A DNA stretch of 63,269 nucleotides, filler included, from Perkinsus chesapeaki ATCC PRA-425 (Eukaryota; Protista; Perkinsozoa): assembly GCA_013115145.1 (NCBI GenBank). It is 6 parts of 6 records of this genome, joined end to end, with 100 filler letters (N's around TTAATTAATTAA, not from the genome) between each part and the next. Parts side by side here need not be neighbours in the genome. Positions count along the whole stretch, not along the records: positions 53,211 to 63,269 come from JAAPAO010000907.1; 5 more parts are not named here. One strand, given 5' to 3'. The notes below the pieces were generated by a model, which was given only the letters and a program-made list of their open reading frames with translations, was not told the DNA's origin and made no database searches. Both the position numbers and the translations under genes were made by a program. Below are positions 54,040 through 63,269 of this stretch, one piece after another (the first letter of the stretch is position 1; each line of letters begins with the position of its first letter).

Positions 54040-57000
54040 CCGCTAAATCTATACTCAAAGAAGTCCTTTACGTTTCTAATGGTTTCTCGTACTTGTATTT
54101 GTCAATCACCAGCAATTTTTATTGGCTTGACAGGTTCCATGCCATCCTGGGCTCGAGCGCAAATGCTGCCCGAGGAGTCGAAAAGGTGCAAAAAATTTTT
54201 TCTTCCAAAATCGAGTCCGTGGAATATTTTAACGATATGATAGTGCTAGCAGAGTTCCCATGCCAAATTTCAGGTTGATATGAGCACTAGTTAAGAAGTT
54301 GAGCTCGCCACACGAAATTGGGTCTTTAGATTGCGCGTACTGTAGCTGGTGGTGATAGTAATGGATCAAGTCCTCTTTGGAACCCATTTCATCACACTTG
54401 TAAAAACTCAACGTCTATCAGGCTTGGAAGACTTGTATCGGACCTCTTCCTTGCGGAAGGGTTCATATGCGCGAACCAGGGCAGAAACCCTACATTTCGT
54501 GCATTAGATAGTAGCCTTAAAATAGGAAGTAGACGCAAAACATCGCTCATAGACGTGACCTTCTTCAAGGGTTCTTGCTCTGTTGAGGACTGGTTAGTTT
54601 CTGATGATTTTGAGCTGGGAGATCACGCTCCGATTAGCTTCTCACTTACTGAGGCTCAGCCTTCGTTTTTGGCTGGACTGCAAACAGAAGAAAACGTCCC
54701 AGCAGGCTGTCTAAATGATCATAATTTCTACAAGTGCAATTGGGAGAGGTATAGGAGCTATCCGGAAACTCTTAAACCCTCTTACGTTGATTCTCTTATT
54801 TACTCGTCAAAGGATCTCATCGAAAGGAGCGAATCATTGATTGCTAGGGTACAAGAAGCAGCAATAGTAGCGTGTCCGAAAAAGCGCGGAATTCCTCGCA
54901 AGATGAATGCAAGGCCACAGTGGTTTGACTCGGAGTTGAGAAAGAAACGCTCGGAGCTCAAACGTGCTGAGCGTATTCAATCTTCTTACAAACGAATGTT
55001 GCGAGCCGAATATCGTACACTGATAATTAATAAAAAGGAAGAATTTCTCCAACGGTGCTTCACATCGCTGGAGCACGCTCACGTCTCTGAGATCCACAAG
55101 AAAGCCAGAGGACCCAAGCCCCGTTTGATAGCAAGGATACTCGAGGACGACGAAACTATTGAACAGTCTGCTAATCGCCTAGCAAATCATTACGTTGGAA
55201 CAGGGGCCTCCACAGCGAGTAATGTTTTGGGTCCTAGATACTTGGCCAGTCATCGTGAGTTGTCTCAACCTTCTACTCCGGCGAACTTTTTGGTATTGAC
55301 AAGTGAAGAGGTGAAGTCATTAATTGAAAAGAGGCGTAAAAACTTCTCTACAGCGCCAGGAATTGATGGGATTCGTTTGAGACATTGGCATGAGAGTCCG
55401 GATTGGGTAAAGGCTGAACTTGGAAAGCTGATTGGGTTCAGCTTCTCAAATGCGTATCTCCCGCCGTCGTGGAAGCACTCACGAACCATTATGATAGACA
55501 AACCCAAACGGGACCGAAAGAGTGTGAAATCTTTGAGGCCCATCGCGCTATGTTCAAGTCTCTCGAAAATCGCTGAATCATATGTGCGGAAGCAGCTCGA
55601 GAGTTCTCTTGAGAGTATTTCTCAATCTGGGCGCCAACACGCCTATTTGCCCGGCAAGAGCGCCATCGATGTTATAAGCGCCTCAGCGCATTTTATCAAG
55701 GAGAGAAAACGTTGGAGTATAGTCTCTTTAGATTATAGCAACGCGTTTGGTGAAATTTCTCACGAGGCGATCGTAAATGGCTTGAAAAAATTCGATGTAA
55801 GTACTTGTACTAGGATGTGGATCTCTGAGTGGTTGGCTGATCGCACATCTGAGCTGAATTACGGCAGCACCACTGTCCGCAGAGTATGTTTTGATGGCAA
55901 AGGAACACCTCAAGGAGCTCTCCTCTCTCCCTTTTTATTCATTATAAGCACAGATGATGTTGGTGAGAAAGTTGAAAAGTTTGCAAATTGGCTCAACGAA
56001 GTAGAAGCTTGTGAATGGAAATGTTTTGCCGACGATTCATACCTATTAATTTCGTGGAGGGTCGGTGCTACTGATGAAGAGATAAGAGCGGCCCTGAAGA
56101 AAATCATTGATTTCACTGAGCGTGAATCTGCAGTGGTTAACCTCAAGTTGGACTCCAGTGGAGTCACTCCACGAAGATGGTTTTATTAACAAACCTCAAG
56201 AAAGTCCTCAGTGGTTTTCCGGGCTACTCTGACACTCTACGTCAGCTAGGATGTACCCTTACGTCAGGTCTTCAGTTCAAGAAGCATCTAAGCGGAAGAC
56301 TGGTACTCGCGAAACAAATTGGGAATATGGCGTTACGGCAATGTGGGGCGCTCATGGGGAAGAATCGAGGCGTCTCTGTCGGAATCTTCACCGAAATATA
56401 CAATAAAGTACTACTACCAATCATTCTATATGCCTATGAAATATGGGGAGGAACTATTGCAAATAAAACCATAAGAGAAGAGATAGATCTTTTGGGGGCT
56501 AGCTTCCTTAGAAGAGCTTTAAGGGTTAGAAGGAGTACACCCCGTCCACTACTATATATTGCCTCTGGAGTGATGCCACTATCGCAATTGGTGGCAGAGA
56601 GAGTAGTTCTGGCTCACATCTACAAAAGACCAATGGACATGCATATGAAAGGGAAGGTAGGTACTACCAAATTTCGAGAGCTGCTGGAGGAGTGGGGCTT
56701 CCCCACCACTCATCATCACTGTGAGGATAATACACCTGGAAAAGTTGTCAAACGCGCTGATACCAAATTTCGTCTTTCTCTATTGAGAGATTACCATATT
56801 GTTAGAATGGTATCCTCTTTATCTGAACCCTTACGAAGGGCTGTACGAAGTTCGAGGCAGAGAGAATGCTTGCAGTGCGTTGTGCGGACTAGCAAAAACG
56901 GTGCTTTCTTACAACTCTTATCTGGGCACTCTCCTCTGTTAAACGCCTATGTGTATCGGCCCGGCATCAATGTCGCGGCTCATGATATAAACTGTAACCA

Positions 57001-57190
57001 CTGTGGAGTAAAAGATGATAGCTCACACTTATTGCTCGATTGTAAGCGACCGGATCGGTCACGTTTTCGGCCTTCCTTTGTGGACGAGAACGGAACTCTC
57101 GGGCAGATAACAATTTGTGTGAAGCGATGTGCAGCGGTCGCTAGCTTTTGCGAGAAAATATTCTTTAGACACTTGCGGAATGGAGGTTGA
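54040..57190 (+). mobile_element. APE-type non-LTR retrotransposon ORF2 (endonuclease-RT-Cys/His knuckle), disrupted
   Basis: APE: AGGDSNG..PLW, SLIDVT, GDHAPI (upstream stop). RT: APGIDGI, RPIALCSSLSKIAE, LDYSNAF, GTPQGALLSP, FADD. C-terminal CNHC...SHLLLDC. Frameshift at 56158-56171. 5' boundary approximate. Confidence 0.92.
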
Positions 57191-57430
57191 GAGCATTAAA
57201 AAGCCTTACTGAGCTCATGGGGATGCCTAATCGAGTGAAGCTGTGTGGCAAGACTGAATACTTCGAGTCCTAGAGATGAAGCTTGTGGTCTCGCACCTTG
57301 GGAGCCATTGTGTTTTGGGTAGTTGTACACAGGCCCTTGGTTGCGTAAGTGAATTCTGCTAGGAGTAAGATCTCTTGAGACTAGCTACATTCGTTTTTGG
57401 TAAACCCTACAGTGACAGTAACAGTATAGG

Positions 57431-58050
57431 TATTAAACTCTCGCTCTGAAGCTGCACATGGAATGGATAGTCTAACTAAGCCAATTTTCGGCGTTGGACT
57501 ATAAACTCACACACACGGTTGCGATGACAGTCTTGAACGCCCACAGTTATTGCTATAACTGGGCCTGAATAATCTTTCAGTGATAAACTCTACAAGGTGG
57601 GCGTTGCGACTTTCCAAGGGCCTTTAGGACCTGAAGTTTAGGTCAGTAGGCCGTATTCAGGGATGGAAGAGGGAGGGTTAAAATTTTGCAAGAGCTACCT
57701 GTCACTATTTGGTGACCTTATGGTCGAACCAGGCTCAGCTCGACAACGGGCCGTGCCCGACCAACACATCGTATTTGTTATTAATCTTCAGTTAGAAGAT
57801 GCCCCTATGGCGGGTGCTTCAATGTAGTGCAAATCCAATATCTTTGTTTCGTGCATTGTGTCTGAGATTATTTGGGGTGTGTGTGCGGCGCTCCCTTAAT
57901 CTCAGGAGATTTCACAGCCGCTACATTCGCAAGCTCATTCAGCTTATCAGTATTAAACTCTCGTTCGGCAGCTGCACATAGTATGGATAGTCTTACTAAG
58001 GCTTAGTAACTAAGCCTTCTCCTGCGTTGGACTATCAATTCACATACACA
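57431..58050 (+). repeat. Local diverged duplication: 57431-57516 versus 57951-58050
   Basis: Both read tattaaactctcg..gctgcacat...tggatagtct.actaag..cc...gcgttggactat.aa.tcaca.aca; the second copy has a 14-nt insertion. Confidence 0.85.
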
Positions 58051-58842
58051 CACACTTCCTCAATTGGGGGAATACAATTGTTACTCCATTACTACTCATT
58101 GTTGTGAGACAGTATCACGAACCCACAACTACCATACATGAGCTAGCCGGTGTCGGGTCAGGCGGCCCGCCTATAATATAGGCCCTATATGTGTCGCAGT
58201 ACCGAAACGTCCCTCTATTGGTTGCCCGGTGTGGCTGGTCTTCAAGCTGCGCCAGTATGAGCCGAGCCTCACTGCTTGTCCCTGATCACTGTCCCCCAAG
58301 ACTCTCTGATCAAGAGGTTGACGGCCAAGCGCCTGCTTGGGTTCGAGAGAAAAACAAATGATGATGTCGATTGAGGTGCACCTAGTGACGTTCAATCCGG
58401 TGGCGCGATGAAACGAAGTGCAATGCAGCTTCTTCATTACGGTTCTGCGGCTTCAATCGCGAGGGTGGCACGAACCACGAGGAGCCACCATCCCGGTTTT
58501 CTGTGGGATGAGTACCCATATACCTCCAGCTCTCTAATGACAACTCAGGGCATACCACTGCAGTAGGCCCTACTGAGTAGGGCACGACCGAGCCTGGGGG
58601 CCGAGTGGTTCCGCGGTCAGAGTGTGCTGTAACCATTGTGATCGTTAGGATCAGTTGCCGTCGGGAGACACGACTGTCGTGAAACGCCGCCGGCTGATCG
58701 TGGGGAGGCGCTATCCTAGATGGCACTGTGCATGACCTTACTGTTTCGTCGATAATGTTTCGGAAACTCAACTCTGGAATGGAAACATTGTTTCCATTAC
58801 AGAGTTGAGTTAAACTTTAACTGTTAAAGTTCATCTTGAATA

Positions 58843-59928
58843 ATGATTGGGCTCAGCATGCGTCTAACAATGATGATAATGTTCAGTGAACGGTCGATTA
58901 TGGCACAAGTTATCAGGGTAAGGACAGAGCGCGTGTTCATCCCAGCTTATGGTTATGCTCTCCTTGGTGATGTCGCAGTCGATCGTCAAGAAATGCACGC
59001 TCTGGTCGACACTGGAATATCTGCCTTATACTTCACGTGGAAATGGTGGTACGAGCATTATACTCATCCTGGGGCATGCGCCACCCTCATTACTGGATGC
59101 TATCAATGCCCAGAAGGATGTTACATTGGTCCAACAACTCCTATAACCTATGCCGATGGTACTCGAGTTGACATATTCTCGAACGAAGGACATTTGGCTT
59201 TCGCACTGGGTGCGGTCAACTCCATCCAGTTTGGCGTGGTGAGCGGTCAAAACCCGGGTCCTGACCGACATCCGCCAACGAGCTCTATTGGCCTCGGCCT
59301 CAACGTCATCCCTGGTTATCGTTCCCTGATGGATCAACTACAGGGGAAAGTAGCTAGCCGAACCTTTGCTATGTATCTCAGAAGTTCATCGTCTGCTCGC
59401 ACTAAGGGCGAACTTCTACTCGGTGGTGGTGATCCTAGGGTATACGTGGCACCTCTCCATTTCGTTCCACTGCTAAGCCAACAACAATTCCTCGTGACTA
59501 TTGATACGTTACAAGTTAGCGGTCGAGCCAAAAGATCGGGAATTAACATGCCCATCTTGGTCGATACCGGTGTCCAAGGTTTAATAATCCCTCGAAACTT
59601 TGCTACCGATTTCATAAGGGATATATCTGATCAAGCGTCGGAGATGGCTAGAGCCAGAGTTCATATCGCCTGGGTACCTGCTCAAGGAATATGGGTTTTT
59701 GACTGCTCATATATCTCCTATTTCCCAATGCTGTTGATCGGCTTAGGCCGCGGAGGTTCTGTTCTACTAACCGTGGCCGGTAAGTACTACACCCGTAATA
59801 TTGGTGGCCTGTGCAGCCTAGGCATGACTCTTGGAGACAAGTGGTCTCTGCCCGAGTTCATGTTCATCGATAGATACGTAGAGTTTCGACCAAGTCAGAG
59901 AAGGATAGGCTTTGCCAATCTGGTGTAG
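58843..59928 (+). CDS. Pepsin-family (A1) aspartic protease, intronless, likely secreted
   Basis: Two catalytic motifs LVDTG (ALVDTGISA; ILVDTGVQG), flap ITYADGT, IGLGL, FAMYL, ELLLGG; hydrophobic N-terminus. Confidence 0.93.
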   Translation: MIGLSMRLTMMIMFSERSIMAQVIRVRTERVFIPAYGYALLGDVAVDRQEMHALVDTGISALYFTWKWWYEHYTHPGACATLITGCYQCPEGCYIGPTTPITYADGTRVDIFSNEGHLAFALGAVNSIQFGVVSGQNPGPDRHPPTSSIGLGLNVIPGYRSLMDQLQGKVASRTFAMYLRSSSSARTKGELLLGGGDPRVYVAPLHFVPLLSQQQFLVTIDTLQVSGRAKRSGINMPILVDTGVQGLIIPRNFATDFIRDISDQASEMARARVHIAWVPAQGIWVFDCSYISYFPMLLIGLGRGGSVLLTVAGKYYTRNIGGLCSLGMTLGDKWSLPEFMFIDRYVEFRPSQRRIGFANLV

Positions 59929-61386
59929 CGATCGATCGTCTTGACATCATTATGAGTCTTTAACCTACCAATCTTCATCCAACTATCCTGTATTATCGCA
60001 TGTATTCCGTATGCGAGCGGAGCCGCTATTCGTCAGCCAGTGACAGCTTATTATAAGAAATCTAGCTTTTTTCGCTTGAACTGCTACGAATCTTGTCGGC
60101 ATACTCACTCGTATGTTCAGATTTGGAGTGACGTAACTATCTCGACGATGCTCGCTTGAGTATGTCTCCTCTGGAAGCTCTCCAGGGCAAATAGTGTGTA
60201 CAGCTACTGCCCGCACAAATAGGAAAGTAGTCTAAGACAGTTGTCCTGTCACAGTTCTGTACGCACGGTGCGCAACGCATCCCCTTGTATTGTCCCATAC
60301 GTGTGAGGTTAGTATTACTAACTTAGTACCCCACAGTCTTCACACATTGGTGTGAGAGATATCTGTCGTCTACTTATCTCTACTCTTAACCTTAGTATAT
60401 TAGATCTAAGGTTTGGATGATCTAACTTAGATCTTCCCTTGCGTTATGCCAGTAACGGGACAGATGTCACTGGAAGCTCGCGAGTTCGTAGATTATTTCG
60501 AAACGACTCGTGAGCAGGAGTTGGTATGTCAAGATATATGAATGCAGTTGGAACACCCACACCAATGCCGCGAAGGCGAGGTCTTCAAGGCTCTCTGTAA
60601 ACTGTGATAATGCGGCACTCATACAGGCCTTACAGGCATGATACCCGGGGTACAAAGCCAAGATGAAAAGATACCTCCTAACAGTACAACAAGATGGCCT
60701 TGACCTTGCTAACGCAACGGATCAATGGAAGGGAGTATCTCTAAAAAACAGACGGTATTCGAAAGAGTCTACGGTAGGGTCTCCGAAGAATATACTGTGC
60801 ATACGCAGCCAGGACAAACTTTTTTCTGGGCTGCGCAGTGCTTCATACTTCAAGTAACTTGATCCGACAGTCGCATTGATATGCCGAAAAGTTAATAATT
60901 TGATTAATATTTCTTCTGGACAATGCATAGAGGAGAAGCTGAGCCCGAGGCAATCTCATTAACCAGCTCATCATCTTCGCATTAGTAACGGATTAAAGTT
61001 CTTTCGCTCACAATGACCCAGTGACGTTAATACTTTTGTTGTAATATAAAAGGTATCTTGAATTCTTTGTAGTGCGGTACTCGGTCCGATTGCTCATAAT
61101 CGATCATAGGCAGGGCGGAGGAACGAGCTTTCTTGATTACACAACTCATCACGAAGCCGGCATCAAGTGAGTGCCTATTCATTGAGCGCCGACAAGGTCA
61201 GCGAGAACCGCCTGAGCTAAGATGATCATATAGCGTCGAGCAATTAAAAAGTTGTGTCATCAGCCTTCTTAGCTTAGTTGTAGAGCACCCTCTTAGTAGG
61301 CGGGAGGTCGTCGGTTCCTTTCCGACACAAGGCTAAAGCAGTGCTTTTGAAGCATCGCTTCCTATATAGTACACGTAAACACAACT

Positions 61387-62130
61387 TCAATGACCGAATG
61401 CAACAACAATCTGGAAGATATTATAGACGGCATGAACACACTTCTTAATCACTGTCATCTTTGAGCCTGTGACTAGAACCTGCACACAAAGCCATGCGGA
61501 GGACAATGCTGGGCCAACTACCGCTGAATGCTCTAAATGTCTCCCTGCGACCATCCCGGCCGACAGCACCATAATCGCTGTTATCGACTCGTGAGGCAGC
61601 ACTCAGTCTTTGAGACACCCTCTGTTCCACCGATATTGCGTAAGTAGGCATGAAGTGGTCGAAAAAGTAATCGCTCTGTACCCGATACGCTAAGACCTGA
61701 AGAAGCAAAGACTTCACAAAGTCCACTGACTTTGGGAAGTCCTACCGCTACGAAGAAGCTCAAGCCCATGAAGACAACAGATACGATGAGCACGCCCGAT
61801 GCAAGGTTGTAGATGAACGCAGGGTATTCAACAGGCTTCCCTTCGTGGTTCTCAACAGTAATGGTCTGCAAGGAGGATGTTCTCTCCAAATGAAATCAGC
61901 CGAGCTCACTTCAACGCCTATGGCAAAAAGCCTGGACGGCCGGCGGTCCGTGCCAATCGCACGGAGCAGTAACCTGATAGGACGGCGCTAACGCTGACGA
62001 GCAGCTACTATTCGGCTCACTCGATGAAGTCGAAGAAAGCGTTGAGACCAGCGAAAACTGCGTACATTGCGCAGTGCGAGATATGCATCTTGCACCTAAG
62101 CGTGGATTAATGCAATACAGAAGCATTCTC
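61387..62130 (-). CDS. Hypothetical multi-pass membrane protein, multi-exon or decayed
   Basis: Hydrophobic exons flanked by GT-AG (MYAVFAGLNAFFDFIE; PAFIYNLASGVLIVSVVFMGLSFFVAVG; SITAIMVLSAG); family not recognised. Confidence 0.35.
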
Positions 62131-63269
62131 AAACAGTCTCACTCAGGCCCGGCAATATACGCCGCGTAGCTGCCTAGTACGCATAGCACCAATGCGGCCC
62201 ATACCTGCCTCGTATACAGTCGACCGACAACGCCTGAAGTATGGCACTTTCTCGAGAGTAACAAATCATGCTCCTACAGGCGAGCATTATGAAGGAGCAA
62301 ATTCCCATAGCGACTCTCAATGCCTTCACCTTGCCTGATCATCGCGATGGCTTGCGAAGCTGAGTATCATACTGGGCGCTTTGTATCGTACTTTTTATCG
62401 TTGCTGGGAGATCTGCGTCGTAATTATCATCGTATAGTAGAGGATTCGGTGATCCTACCCCAGTCGCCATGAGGCCCTCTTGGGCAATAGGGGCAACTGA
62501 GTGTGGTGTGAACTTTATTGACCAACGCAAGATAGATCAGATTGGACATCTGTAACATCGCAATGCTACGAAGGAAGAACACCATGTGACTGATCTACTG
62601 CCACTTAACTATTGACTTCGATCGAGGTAAGGTTGGATGGTGACACCTAGGGAACGATTAAGTCACTAGTCTGCGCTGGAGGTCTCACCTTGGTTTGGAC
62701 CAGCTGCCTGATGGCCCAGTGTCACCGGGAGTCTGCACCAGGAATGTCTTCGCCTAAGATGCTGCCATCGCTGTAAGTATCTCATGACCACTCACCTTCT
62801 GGTCCCTAGTAGCTGTGCCGAAGCCGAACGTTGGAGCGTTGGTATTTCGCGACTCGTACTGAGGACCGATGCCTGCCATGGTGATAGGAAGCGGAAACCA
62901 TTATCATGGACTTACTGCTTGCAACGCTGCGTGAAGTAAAATCGCCTTTTAAGCTTGGCGGCGGAGGAGAGCTTCCCTGGAACAGACAGCGATATCGAAC
63001 CAAAAAAATCTCCTATGGGCTCGCTGTTACCTGATTTCTCTCCGGAACCCTCCGCGCTTTGCTAAAACTGTAGGTGGAGAGATTCCGCCTATACAGCTGC
63101 CCTATAGCAAGCACGCCAACCAGGAAGCCTACCTCTGGCTTAGGTATTGTACTCCGACACTAGGCGGGAGAGGATAGGTACCTGGACCCACTACAGGGGG
63201 AGTCTGGCATTCGGAGGCAAGTATCTGAGTAAACATGTCATCAGACAACACTCGACCAACAAGCTCGTC

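Noticed and set aside
60467-60928. Possible hAT dimerisation-domain relic (IYLDIPTPAHES...)
   Set aside because: Similarity needs frame-hopping and is too weak to call without a profile search.

Overview
Eukaryotic, intron-rich genomic scaffold of six contigs joined by five 100-nt N gaps, each holding an artificial TTAATTAATTAA linker. Gene content, ~40-60 nt introns, very short intergenic spacers and strand-clustered genes suggest an alveolate, most likely Perkinsus (inference, no search run). 1-16.1 kb: six tightly packed minus-strand genes (BAH/TFIIS-M chromatin protein, WDR26, dual-specificity phosphatase with RS tail, beta-propeller-like ORF, kinesin-3, MAK16). 16.2-21.4 kb: three plus-strand genes (VIT1/CCC1-like, RRM/SR-like, helical-repeat protein). 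21.5-31.8 kb: transposon island (two different tyrosine-recombinase retrotransposons, a MULE fragment, a 15-bp minisatellite, a LINE 3' end). Then PRP43/DHX15, a divergent MIP-like locus, GST, an intronless 2OG-like/GT8-like ORF, CTNNBL1, a Tc1/IS630-like transposase remnant, an APE-type LINE and a pepsin-family protease. Two cross-cutting signals stand out. (1) A recurring '7-8-7' footprint (TSD[1-7] + inverted 8-bp TSD + TSD[2-8]) that fits hairpin-mediated, hAT-type excision; two copies explain frameshifts in retroelement RT genes. (2) tRNA T-arm/B-box-like cassettes that recur inside introns of unrelated genes. Multi-exon gene boundaries were read by eye and are approximate.
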